Source of the DNA: Candidatus Poribacteria bacterium
GTDB taxonomy: Bacteria; Poribacteria; WGA-4E; PCPOR2b
Direction of reading: 5' to 3'
NCBI GenBank assembly: GCA_965218095.1
Contig: OZ244587.1
Span: 736,001-800,000 of the forward strand
DNA length: 64,000 bases
A program made the translations under genes and the position numbers. Positions 29,386 to 38,917 of this stretch are shown piece after piece. Under the pieces are notes generated by a model that saw only the letters and a list, made by a program, of their open reading frames with translations, was not told where the DNA came from and ran no database searches. Numbering within the stretch: position 1 is the stretch's first letter; each line of letters begins with the position of its first letter.

Positions 29386-31596
29386 TCAATTCCCCCAAAC
29401 CTTCAGATTATCATAATAGATCTCAGCCGGCGAATAGCCGTAGATGCCCGGACTCCCTTCCCGATTCGGCAGCGGATCTTCGACTATAATCGTCCATTCA
29501 TCCGGTTCCGGCTCACCTCTGACCCAAACCTTTCCCTTGACGTGCGCCGTGTCATCAACAATATCCACCGTCATTTTCATGGTGTACCAGACATTCGGCT
29601 CCCACTTGAAATCAACCCACTTTGCCATTCGGAGATCTGATCGCCACGAAAGCACCTGAAGCCGTTGGTAATTGCCTTGCATCTCAAGTGTGTAGCGGTG
29701 AGCGATGAGTCCCATGTCCGGAAGGTTTCGCTTCGGCTTCGTTCCCAGCAAATCGACTTGGAGGGTATAATTTTGTATGTTCGGGGGACCGATGTAAACG
29801 TTGGAGCGGTGCAATCCGCGGCGGGCGGGCGGTTTGACGAGAATTTTGTTCCCATCCATTTGACGGACGACAAATCGGTTTGTTGCACGGACCCAATGCG
29901 GCGGACTCTTCCCCTCCTCTATCGACTCAAAATCTTCGTGCCACGGCAATTGTGGAATAACTCGGACTCGTGCGGAGTTGCTTAAATCGCCAATCTTCGC
30001 CGATACTGTTCCTGCTTGACCGGGGCGACTCGGTTCAAGAATCAACTTTCCGTTGTCATCAATAGTCCCTGACAATCCATTGAGTGACCACTCAGCAGCC
30101 TTTTCGCCAATCAGTGCACCTTTATTGTCAAAAGCACGAACGCTAAATTGGAGGCTGTCCCCCGATTGGACTAGAACTTCGGTGGGTACAATCTGTATTG
30201 ATGCAGGAGCAGAAGTAGACATCGCCACAGTGCTGGGTGCTGATACAGGAACAGGCTGGGTTGAGGTGGAAGACCCCTGAACCCCTAAGCAGTAAAGCCC
30301 TTCCTCAGTGGTAAAGTAAACTCGACCGTTAGCGATGGCAGGTGAACCGTAGATCTCCGCATAGCGACCGGATTCCCTTTCAATCTGTACTGTGTTAAGC
30401 GTTTTACACTCGTTCTCACCCGGCTGCAGGATGTGGAAGTGACCATTGACTTCCGTGACATAGATTTTTCCGTCAGCGACAACAGGGGACCCTTTACCCA
30501 CTGTGCCGAGGCTATGTGTCCAATGAGCCTCCCCGGTTTTGCCGTTGAGACAGTGTAAATTCGCCGAACTGTCCACAACATAAAGCCGGCCATCGTCCAG
30601 CGCTGGAGAACTATAACCCGCCTCTATGCCGTCAACTCGCCAGACCTCATGCGATTTTGTAATATCGCCCGTGCCAGTTCCATCAATGCAGACGACGCGC
30701 CCCATCACTGTCGTGTCCGTGTTCTCCTGATTGTGACTTGCGTAAACCCGTGTGCCATCTACGACCACTGACGCATTGAGAGCCCCTTGACTGACCCGGA
30801 AGCCCCAGACTTTTTCACCGGTTCGCACATCCATCGCGTACACATAACCATCTGCATTACCGTCGATTAACAGCCGGCGCCCGTGGATCTCGGCGACGAC
30901 AGCCACTGGATATGTTGTATTCTTCGGGGGGCCACCGGGTGTTGTGGGCCAAACCACATCTCCCGTGCGTTTGTCGAACGCAAAATAACGATGTCGCATC
31001 GCGGCGTGACTGCCCCAACTGGTGTTAAGAAAACTGAGGATCACAAGGTTTCCATCGACAACAGGTGTAACAACTCGCCCACCATAGCCCGTGAACCGAC
31101 CAAATTCTTCTGTCAAAGAACGCGACCAAACAACCTGCCCGTCCTTATCGAAACAGGCAAACACGCCGCTAATGGTGTGGGCATAGATATAACCCGTTTC
31201 CCTATCTCCCGCCAGACTTGTCCAACCCAGTCGATTAAAAGGGATTGTGCTGTGAAAGACATTGAATCGGTGTTCCCAGAGCAGACTCCCCGTTTCGGCA
31301 TCAAAGCAGGCAACCCGTTCCTGCTCAGTGATGTCCATCCCAACCCGCCCGATGACATAGACTCGATTGTTCAAAACGATTGGTGTGGAACGACCGATAA
31401 AGTCTACCTTCCAAATTAAGTTCTCGCCATCCACAGACCAGTTCGAGATTAAACCGGTTTGTGAAGACGCGCCATTCTGATTCGGTCCTCGCCAACTTGG
31501 CCAATCCCGAGCCAGCGCGTTGTCGAAGCCAACACTCAGAATGAATAGCACATAAAGAAAAGTACAGGTTGTTTTAAAAGTAATCTGAGACCGCAT
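29386..31596 (-). CDS. Large secreted PQQ-like beta-propeller protein with Ig-like and ConA-like C-terminal domains
   Basis: Signal peptide, WPSWRGPNQNG, propeller repeats, S/T/P linker, LPWHEDFE...WYTMKM...KGKVW.RGEPEP..WT...GSPGIYG...YYDNLKV. Confidence 0.85.
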   Translation of the reverse strand: MRSQITFKTTCTFLYVLFILSVGFDNALARDWPSWRGPNQNGASSQTGLISNWSVDGENLIWKVDFIGRSTPIVLNNRVYVIGRVGMDITEQERVACFDAETGSLLWEHRFNVFHSTIPFNRLGWTSLAGDRETGYIYAHTISGVFACFDKDGQVVWSRSLTEEFGRFTGYGGRVVTPVVDGNLVILSFLNTSWGSHAAMRHRYFAFDKRTGDVVWPTTPGGPPKNTTYPVAVVAEIHGRRLLIDGNADGYVYAMDVRTGEKVWGFRVSQGALNASVVVDGTRVYASHNQENTDTTVMGRVVCIDGTGTGDITKSHEVWRVDGIEAGYSSPALDDGRLYVVDSSANLHCLNGKTGEAHWTHSLGTVGKGSPVVADGKIYVTEVNGHFHILQPGENECKTLNTVQIERESGRYAEIYGSPAIANGRVYFTTEEGLYCLGVQGSSTSTQPVPVSAPSTVAMSTSAPASIQIVPTEVLVQSGDSLQFSVRAFDNKGALIGEKAAEWSLNGLSGTIDDNGKLILEPSRPGQAGTVSAKIGDLSNSARVRVIPQLPWHEDFESIEEGKSPPHWVRATNRFVVRQMDGNKILVKPPARRGLHRSNVYIGPPNIQNYTLQVDLLGTKPKRNLPDMGLIAHRYTLEMQGNYQRLQVLSWRSDLRMAKWVDFKWEPNVWYTMKMTVDIVDDTAHVKGKVWVRGEPEPDEWTIIVEDPLPNREGSPGIYGYSPAEIYYDNLKVWGN

Positions 31597-31960
31597 GTAA
31601 ATCTCCTATATTTTTTCTTTTGGTATATGTTGTAAGAGCATAGTTAAAGACGTGAGAATTGTCTTGAAGTTTAACGAAGCCTTAGTCAAGGTCTAGATCG
31701 AAATCGCTGTTGGCCGCATCCGCAAGCACCGCCCTCCGTTGAGTCGAATAAACACATTTTATGGGAAGTTAGAGGTTGAAGTCAATCAAAAAATTGGGCA
31801 GATTGCTGGATTTTGGCAATCCCAACGACGAGAGTGATAAGCGCACCAGCCCAGTGTTAACGAAAAATTGAAGAAAACCACAGAATAGGGGAGACAGAAA
31901 CGAGATTATGTTGTAAAATATGATGGGGACACAGAAAGACATTCAACTTTAACGGAAGGG

Positions 31961-32788
31961 TTGCAGCGTATGCAAACGCGAAAACTGAACAGCACTTCAT
32001 CTTTGATACATCGTTGGCAGCCGTATCAGGAGATCTTCAAACTGACAATTAAACGGATGCTCTGGAGCCGGAAGACAATGCTTGCGGTTCTTGTAAGCAT
32101 GGTACCCGTAGGCATCTCAATCGTCTTCCGCCTTGTGCACCATAGCGCGGGGGATGCCTGCGAGTTTACACCGCATCTGACGATGATATTCTATCTGATG
32201 TTCGTGACCATTCTTATCGCACTCCTTTTCGGCACGGCGATTATCGCCGACGAAGTTGACAACAAAACATTGACTTACCTTGTCACCCGTCCGCTCCGCA
32301 AAGCCCGCATCCTGTTAAGTAAGTTTGCTGCCTATTTGGTTGGGACGATTATGCTTGTTGCCTCATCTCACCTCCTGACAACGCTGATCGTTACAACTGA
32401 CCCCAAGATCGGGGAGAACTTGCTGTTTCATATCGGGATGAGTTTCAAATATATCGGCGTAATCGGCTTGGGATTACTGGCTTACGGGGCGATTTTTGCT
32501 GCCTTTGGGGCGCGATTTAAGCATGCGGTGCTTTGGGGCTTGCTCGTTGCATTCGGTTGGGAGAAGATTACGCTTGTCGTGCCGGGAAATATCAAGAAAC
32601 TCTCCGTCATCCACTATTTGCTTTCCATTTATCCCCGTCACAGTTTATCCGCTCGTATGATTCAAGGATTTGTCGGCGATTCTCCCGCTTCCCCCTGGCT
32701 AGCATTCGTTATGATTGTGCTGATTACAGCTTTATTTCTGAATCTCTCGATCTGGATATTTCAGCGGCGTGAGTATCATACAGATTGA
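31961..32788 (+). CDS. ABC-2 type transporter permease
   Basis: Six hydrophobic segments; IADEVDNKTLTYLVTRPLRK..ILLSKF. Confidence 0.85.
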   Translation: MQRMQTRKLNSTSSLIHRWQPYQEIFKLTIKRMLWSRKTMLAVLVSMVPVGISIVFRLVHHSAGDACEFTPHLTMIFYLMFVTILIALLFGTAIIADEVDNKTLTYLVTRPLRKARILLSKFAAYLVGTIMLVASSHLLTTLIVTTDPKIGENLLFHIGMSFKYIGVIGLGLLAYGAIFAAFGARFKHAVLWGLLVAFGWEKITLVVPGNIKKLSVIHYLLSIYPRHSLSARMIQGFVGDSPASPWLAFVMIVLITALFLNLSIWIFQRREYHTD

Positions 32789-32841
32789 GGAGATTACTTT
32801 ACATTCACGTTTTACGTTTCACGCATAGGGAGGCAATTACG

Positions 32842-33792
32842 ATGATTCGCGTTATTAAGCCGGAAGGTTTCGGCAACATTCAGTTAGAAGATGTACCCAC
32901 TCCTGAGATCAGCGGTCATCAAGTTTTAGTGCGGACCCGCACCACGCTCATTAGTCGTGGTTCTGAGCTATTTCGTCGCTATATCAGAGAGGAGGCAATT
33001 CCCCCATCAATGATGGGGTATTCCCTCACAGGCGTCATTGAGCAGATTGGATCTGATGTCACGGAGTATCAGGTTGGACAACGAGTGATGGCGGGCGCAC
33101 CGCACGCTGAATATGCTGTCGGGGAAGTCGATGTGGTCGTTCCACTGACGGATGATGTCTCCTTTGAAGAAGGGACGTTTCTGGGGCTCTCGACGAGCGC
33201 GGTGGCGTGGGCAGATTCGTCGGAGGTGCAAAGGGGAGATACGATCGTGATCGTTGGACAGGGAATCGTGGGGAGTTTGATGATGCAGGTCTTGCGCGGA
33301 TATGGTCCCGACAGGGTTATCACCGTTGATGCACTGCCGTTGCGCTGCCGAATCTCCGATGAATTGGGTGCGGATGTCGCCATCAATGCTTCAGACGAAG
33401 ACCCGGTTGAGGCGGTGCTTCGCTTAACCGATGGGAAGGGGGCAGACCTTGTGATTGACTGCGTCGGCGGACATGCAGGCGTCAAATCGTTTGAGCAGGC
33501 GCAAGATATGGTGCGCAGGAAGGGGACCATCCAACTAATTGCGTTATACCAACAAGCCCCGCTGCTGCTGCATGCATCGAAGATTATGAGCAAGCGGCTT
33601 GTGGCTGGCATCCTCACCGATGAGCCGAGATCCCAAATTGCTTTGCGTGCGTTGGAAAAGCTTCGTTCAGGCGAGATTCAGGCGGGTCGGATGATCACTC
33701 ACCGCTTTCCCTACACAGAGGCAAAGGAAGCTTTTGATCTCTTGTGGAATAATCCGGGTGAAGCGCTTGGGGTTCTGATGATTTGGCAGTGA
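32842..33792 (+). CDS. Medium-chain dehydrogenase/reductase
   Basis: LISRGSE, GYSLTG, GQGIVG, GADLVIDCVG, ITHRFP; GGGAGG RBS; no structural-zinc Cys cluster. Confidence 0.88.
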   Translation: MIRVIKPEGFGNIQLEDVPTPEISGHQVLVRTRTTLISRGSELFRRYIREEAIPPSMMGYSLTGVIEQIGSDVTEYQVGQRVMAGAPHAEYAVGEVDVVVPLTDDVSFEEGTFLGLSTSAVAWADSSEVQRGDTIVIVGQGIVGSLMMQVLRGYGPDRVITVDALPLRCRISDELGADVAINASDEDPVEAVLRLTDGKGADLVIDCVGGHAGVKSFEQAQDMVRRKGTIQLIALYQQAPLLLHASKIMSKRLVAGILTDEPRSQIALRALEKLRSGEIQAGRMITHRFPYTEAKEAFDLLWNNPGEALGVLMIWQ

Positions 33793-33937
33793 ATAGGGTC
33801 ATTTCATTTCCCGCTTTTGGGCGTCGGTCGAGTAGCCAAAGGCGTATTGAGACCAGCGATACGTCTATTTCACAATATACTAGCGCACGTTGACAGCCAA
33901 CCGCTCCATCATTCCGGCAAAGGTGGCCAGGGTAGTG

Positions 33938-34624
33938 TCAGCCCCTTTTTGCTGCCTGATGCTGACGAATCCGCAGGAGATCGGCGTTGGTGTGGTACGG
34001 TTCGTATTTCTCCACAAACTCCGCCAACGTCTCCGCCACCGTTGAGGATGTGGTATCGAGGACGATCCGCTTCTGTATCAAAGACGCCTCAAACTCCTCC
34101 TCAAACCGTTGAAGGACGTACTCAATATCCTTCTCCTGCACGATCTGGTGGGTGTGCGGATTTTCCTTCATCCGCTTCGCGATGACTTCTGGTGAGGCTT
34201 TGAAAAGGACGAGCACCGTACCCGGCGCTCGCTGAAGCATCCGTTCCTCTATACGCCGCGCCATCTCCGTCCGCTGTCCTTCCGGACTTCGGCCCGGAGA
34301 ACCGCTATCTTTGCCGCCGTAGCCGTAGTACAATGGGGCATAGACCGCTTCCTCAATGACGAGGCCCATCAGGTTGTGGTCGGGTTTACTATAGAAAGCC
34401 GGCGATGTATGATACTCGATCATAAACCGCTGGAACATCTCCCGGACTTGGGGATGAACTACTATTAACGATTCCTTAGCTTCGGGTACGAGCTCATTCG
34501 AAGGGACGCTGAAGTGATCATGGAAATGGCTGGTCCCGCCTACAGTGTTTTCAGCCCACTTCATGACCTCCGCGGCTAATGTCGACTTACCCGTATATTC
34601 GCATCCGACAAAAACGAGATTCAT
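33938..34624 (-). CDS. Uncharacterised P-loop (NMP-kinase-like) protein
   Basis: GGAGG RBS; MNLVFVGCEYTGKST, HFHDHF, EEAVYAPLYYGYGG, ASPEVIAKRM, LDTT. Confidence 0.75.
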   Translation of the reverse strand: MNLVFVGCEYTGKSTLAAEVMKWAENTVGGTSHFHDHFSVPSNELVPEAKESLIVVHPQVREMFQRFMIEYHTSPAFYSKPDHNLMGLVIEEAVYAPLYYGYGGKDSGSPGRSPEGQRTEMARRIEERMLQRAPGTVLVLFKASPEVIAKRMKENPHTHQIVQEKDIEYVLQRFEEEFEASLIQKRIVLDTTSSTVAETLAEFVEKYEPYHTNADLLRIRQHQAAKRG

Positions 34625-34932
34625 GATTCGTCCTCCTACAGTTTTACGTTGGATTGAGAACCTTGAAAAGGTTTGAAACCTTTTCAAGGCTAAATCGAGT
34701 TTAATACTTTGCACGGACATAAACTGCGTTTCTTACCCTGATGTCATCCTGAACCCTTCAGCAAGCATCTGTTAGATTGTGCACATTTCACGTTCTGCTT
34801 CATTTACGACCTGAACGGTTACATATAAAGTAAGTTCGTACAGACACATGAAACAGTCAATCTATGTTTCTACTATTTGTCATGATAGCAGAAAACAAAA
34901 TTGGGGTCAATATCAAAATGCGGTCTTTGGAC

Positions 34933-35913
34933 CTAAACGCCCACTGCCCGCTCCAACTGGACGGATGGCACCTGCCTTTCTTGCAAAGTGAACGCCTCAC
35001 CCGATCCGGCGGCGCTGAATCCCAACGACTCGAACAGCGATTGCTTGTCTTTATCTTCAACTGAAACCGTCGCCTGCCACTCAGTCGCCCCGCGATCGGC
35101 TCCCCAGCCCATTGCCGCCTGCATCAGATCCGCCCAGGCGTCCAGGCAGCGTTGGAGGGTAAAACCATCGACATGGCATGCACCCAATCCATTGAGGCGT
35201 GCGGTAGCCAGCCCGCCCAGGCGTCCCCGATCAGTCTGCGCCCCAAACCAGGTGCCGTTTCTCTCCCGGACCAGCGCTTCGTATCGCGGGTATAGTCCCA
35301 TACACGAAGACTGCACCGCATAGCGCGTTGAAAACATGCCCACGTTGGCGTCCAGCACCTGCCAATTGTGTGGACAGACTATCAGGGGAATCATGGGAAT
35401 ACGCAGCGCCGCTGTCCCAGGTGTGATGGTGACTTGACCGTCCGCTTCCCTGAAGTAGTCTACCAGGAAGGCCTCTGGTGAATCTCCAGACACGATAAGC
35501 GCCATCACGTTGGCTCCGGCGAGTTTCCGCCAACCAAGCCGATAATACACGCGCGCCGCCGCTGGATTGCCCGTGCCGAGGAAAAGTGCCTCGCCGTTCT
35601 GTCTGCGAAAATCATTGCGGGCGGATTCACAGAGAAGCTCAGCAATCCCCTGATGGCGAAATTCAGGCTGCGTCGCCACCTCCCCTAATCCGCCTAACAG
35701 CGGCTCTGCCTTGCAGATCGTCAAGTGGCAAGTGCCCGCGAGTTCTTCCTTTTGCCGCATTAGGTAGACGATGTCGTCGTTGTCTGCGCTTTCATTACCC
35801 GCGAAAATGCCCCGGAAGCCTTCATAGGATGTTTCAAAGATTGTCTCCCAGAATTCGGTCAATTCCGTTATCAGCCCCTCAGGCAGTGGTGGATCAATTT
35901 TCATAAAATTCAT
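34933..35913 (-). CDS. Tandem GNAT-family acetyltransferase
   Basis: GEVATQPEFRHQGIA, NPAAARVYYRLGW, second LFESLGF. Confidence 0.85.
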   Translation of the reverse strand: MNFMKIDPPLPEGLITELTEFWETIFETSYEGFRGIFAGNESADNDDIVYLMRQKEELAGTCHLTICKAEPLLGGLGEVATQPEFRHQGIAELLCESARNDFRRQNGEALFLGTGNPAAARVYYRLGWRKLAGANVMALIVSGDSPEAFLVDYFREADGQVTITPGTAALRIPMIPLIVCPHNWQVLDANVGMFSTRYAVQSSCMGLYPRYEALVRERNGTWFGAQTDRGRLGGLATARLNGLGACHVDGFTLQRCLDAWADLMQAAMGWGADRGATEWQATVSVEDKDKQSLFESLGFSAAGSGEAFTLQERQVPSVQLERAVGV

Positions 35914-36026
35914 AATCTCCCTCCATGATCTGTGTGATAAATATCGCAATAATTCCTTACCGCAGCCACTCACTTTATTAGACAATCGAAAAGCGCAGTT
36001 TATACCGTTGCAAAGTATAAAAGAAA

Positions 36027-36085
36027 GAAGCGAAGAATCTCAGTCAACATCGTAACAGAGATCCTTCGCTTCGCTCAAAATGACA
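36027..36085. repeat. REP-like palindromic element
   Basis: GAAGCGAAGAATCTC...GAGATCCTTCGCTTCGCTCAAAATGACA; related half-site TGTCATCCTGAAC near 34742. Confidence 0.6.
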
Positions 36086-36150
36086 GAAATCTATGCAAAA
36101 TATCGAATTGGTATTGCGGGTGTCTCGGCGGGAGAGGCAATACCTGAAAG

Positions 36151-36380
36151 TCACTTCAAAATAGCCATCTTTCGGGTCGCGCTAAACTCGCCCGCTTGAA
36201 TCGTGTAGAGGTACACGCCACTGCCAACCGGCTCACCCGACGCATTTCGACCATCCCAATGGACAGCTCTAGTTTTGGTTGTGTAAGCCTGCTGCCTGCT
36301 GACCCAGGTCTAACTGCGAACCAGACGCCCAGTAGGGTTGTAAATGTGGATGATCACATGAACATCTTTGACTAAACGGT
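36151..36380 (-). pseudogene. Orphan, frameshifted FlgD-Ig/T9SS-like C-terminal domain
   Basis: VHVIIHIYNPTGRLVR / LDLGQQAAG / YTTKTRAVHWDGRNASGEPVGSGVYLYTIQAGEFSATRKMAILK*, two frameshifts, no upstream body. Confidence 0.8.
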
Positions 36381-36558
36381 TCTATAGAAACCACGGCACC
36401 ATTTGAATCTCTATAGCGAGTTAGATGGATTAAAGAATCAATGCACTCCTGACCTCTGATTTTCCATAGCCAGAAAACACTGACTTGATGTTAGCCCAAA
36501 ATCCGTGCAATGTCAATCCGAAAATTGGGTGTGTCAAGAAATTTGCCGTAAAGATTCC

Positions 36559-36873
36559 TCAATCCATTGGTCTGTCTACCGACAAGGATGGATCAGCGGA
36601 GGCAGCCTTCGTCGGAGGCCCAAAGGCGATTGTAACCTTCGGTGATGGCAAAAGGTGTTCGTCCTGCTCATACGCGAAGATCGCATTGATCAGCCGCTCA
36701 ATTTCTTTGAGCATGTTCATGTCCACATAATCCTCCCCACAAACCGTACAGATTTCCGCAGGAATTCCCATCACCGTCAGAACAATATCAGAATTCTTTC
36801 GTATATAAGTATCCGTCGTAAAACCGGGTTCTGTACGACCATTACATTTCGAGCAGCGTCCCATGGGTTTCAC
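36559..36873 (-). CDS. YgiT-type zinc-finger protein (MqsA-like N-domain)
   Basis: CSKC...GIPAEICTVCGE.Y. Confidence 0.8.
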   Translation of the reverse strand: MKPMGRCSKCNGRTEPGFTTDTYIRKNSDIVLTVMGIPAEICTVCGEDYVDMNMLKEIERLINAIFAYEQDEHLLPSPKVTIAFGPPTKAASADPSLSVDRPMD

Positions 36874-36955
36874 TTCCTCTTTTTCCGAATCCTGTAGTTT
36901 TTTCCCAGATGTCGTCTTCTGGAATATAAGCCGTTACAATTGTAGCGATATCCTC
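36870..36955 (-). pseudogene. 3' remnant of a DUF4258-like toxin gene
   Basis: IATIVTAYIPEDDIWEK then, with one slip in the A6 run, NYRIRKKRK*; the TGA overlaps the GTG of the YgiT-finger gene. Confidence 0.55.
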
Positions 36956-37042
36956 GGAAAAAGTCGCATCTCGTGGTTTGGCGGCGGTTACTGTGGGCAG
37001 TCCCTCTCCAATGAGAAAGTCATAGATGCAGGGAAAGAGATA

Positions 37043-37051
37043 TGATATAAT
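37043..37051 (+). promoter_or_regulatory. Extended -10 promoter for folD
   Basis: TGaTATAAT, 28 bp upstream of the folD start. Confidence 0.55.
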
Positions 37052-37079
37052 AACGCATTAACAGACTTCGGAAACCACT

Positions 37080-37985
37080 TTGAAACAGTCTCGACAGCCC
37101 CATCAGCATCACATTGCCCGACGAGGAGGACCTTCAGAATTGCCAGCAGAAATTATTGACGGAAAAGAGCTCGCTAGATCGATTCGTAGGGAAATTCGAC
37201 GCCAAGTGAGAAAGCTCAAATTTACCCCTGGACTTGCGGTTGTTCAGGTTGGGGATGATCCCGCTTCGACGACCTACGTCAACAACAAGCAGAAGGACTG
37301 TAAGTATGTCCATTTTCATTCAGAGGTTCATCGAATGCCAGCGGAAACAACGCAATCAGAGGTCATAGATCAGATTCACGTTCTGAACCGCCGTGAGGAC
37401 ATACACGGAATTATCGCTCAGATGCCGGTCCCGGATCAGATTGACGGGCAAGCAGTCATTGACGCGATTGCGCATGAAAAGGATGCTGACGGTCTCAGTC
37501 CTGTGAACTTAGGCAATCTGCTCATCAACCGCGAAGGGGTGGTACCATGCACCGCTGCGGGAATTATCCGCCTCATCGAACTCACAGGCGTGGAGATCGA
37601 GGGCAAACGTGCGGTATGTGTGGGGCGCAGTAGTCTTGTTGGAAAACCGGCTGGGTTGATGTTGCTTAACCGCAATGCAACGGTTACATATTGCCACTCG
37701 CGGACGCAAGACCTCCCAGCAGAAACACGGAACGCGGACATCTTGATTGTCGCAACCGGCAAGCCCAACATGATTACGACTGACATGGTGAAAGCAGGGG
37801 CAATCGTAATCGATGTGGGGTTAACCTTTGTTGGTGCTCGCTTCGTCGGTGATGTCGATCTTGAGGGCGTCAAGGAAGTGGCAGGTTTTATCACGCCTGT
37901 GCCCGGCGGTGTGGGCCCGATGACCCGTGCAATGTTGCTAGAAAATACACTCAAACTGGCACTTGTGTCGACAGAAAAGGAATGA
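37080..37985 (+). CDS. folD: Bifunctional methylenetetrahydrofolate dehydrogenase/cyclohydrolase
   Basis: IIDGK, PGLAVVQVGDDPAS..YV..K, EKDADG, PCTAAG, GRSSLVGKP, ITPVPGGVGPMT. Confidence 0.96.
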   Translation: MKQSRQPHQHHIARRGGPSELPAEIIDGKELARSIRREIRRQVRKLKFTPGLAVVQVGDDPASTTYVNNKQKDCKYVHFHSEVHRMPAETTQSEVIDQIHVLNRREDIHGIIAQMPVPDQIDGQAVIDAIAHEKDADGLSPVNLGNLLINREGVVPCTAAGIIRLIELTGVEIEGKRAVCVGRSSLVGKPAGLMLLNRNATVTYCHSRTQDLPAETRNADILIVATGKPNMITTDMVKAGAIVIDVGLTFVGARFVGDVDLEGVKEVAGFITPVPGGVGPMTRAMLLENTLKLALVSTEKE

Positions 37986-38085
37986 GGAAAGAAAGGAAGC
38001 CTGCAAGGATAAGGGAGTTATCCACCAACCTTCCAGTCACTTCAGGTTTCCTGCTTTACGCATTACGCGCAAATGGAGGTTTATT

Positions 38086-38850
38086 ATGGGATTTCCCGGA
38101 TTTGATCTGACAGGTAAAGTGATGTTAATTACAGGCGCTGGCAAAGGAATCGGTCACGGCATTGCGATTGCCGCGGCACAGATGGGGGCTGACGTGCTTT
38201 TGAATAGTCGGACCCGCTCCGATCTTGAGAAGGTCGCGGAGGAGATCCGGGCGGCAGGCGGTAAAGCAGAACCGGTCATTTTCGATGTCAGCAAGATGGA
38301 TGAGATTGCCCGCGGGGCGCAAGAGGCAATCGATGTTTGGGGGCGCATTGATGTCCTCGTCAATAACGCCGGCACGAACCGACCGAAGCCTGCGCTTGAG
38401 GTGACGGAGGAGGACTGGGACGCCATCCATGATCTGAATCTCAAAGGGCTATTCTTTCTCACGCAGACACTCGTGAAGCCGATGATTGAGCGGAAGAGTG
38501 GGAAGATCGTCAACATCTCTTCGACGATGGGGCTTGTCGGTGGCCCGCTGCGGACAGCGTATTCTGCCAGCAAAGGCGGGGTTGTGCTGTTGACCAAAGG
38601 ACTTGCTGTCGAGTGGGCACCTTACAACGTGACGGTGAACGCTGTCTCCCCTGCCTTCACACGAACGCCGCTTGCGGATGCGCTTTTACAACGCAAGGAC
38701 TTCTATGAAGATGTCGTCCGTCGCATTCCGATGGGACGTGTTGGCGAGGTCGATGAAGTTGTCGGAGCAGTGCTGTTCCTCGCTTCGGAAGCTGCCAACT
38801 GGATCACGGGGCAAACAATCGCTGTCGATGGCGGTTGGGTGGCATGGTAG
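38086..38850 (+). CDS. Short-chain dehydrogenase/reductase (gluconate 5-DH/KduD-like)
   Basis: TGAGKGIG, NNAG, YSASK, ITGQTIAVDGG; GGAGG RBS. Confidence 0.92.
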   Translation: MGFPGFDLTGKVMLITGAGKGIGHGIAIAAAQMGADVLLNSRTRSDLEKVAEEIRAAGGKAEPVIFDVSKMDEIARGAQEAIDVWGRIDVLVNNAGTNRPKPALEVTEEDWDAIHDLNLKGLFFLTQTLVKPMIERKSGKIVNISSTMGLVGGPLRTAYSASKGGVVLLTKGLAVEWAPYNVTVNAVSPAFTRTPLADALLQRKDFYEDVVRRIPMGRVGEVDEVVGAVLFLASEAANWITGQTIAVDGGWVAW

Positions 38851-38917
38851 GTAACTATAGCGAAGCGAGACCGGTTGCTGGTAAAGCAATAGACCGAAAA
38901 CAGAATGAACTGTTGTT

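Noticed and set aside
9490-31596. Propellers as PQQ alcohol dehydrogenases or BamB
   Set aside because: No vicinal Cys-Cys, no lipobox, no pqq or bam context; only the fold is supported
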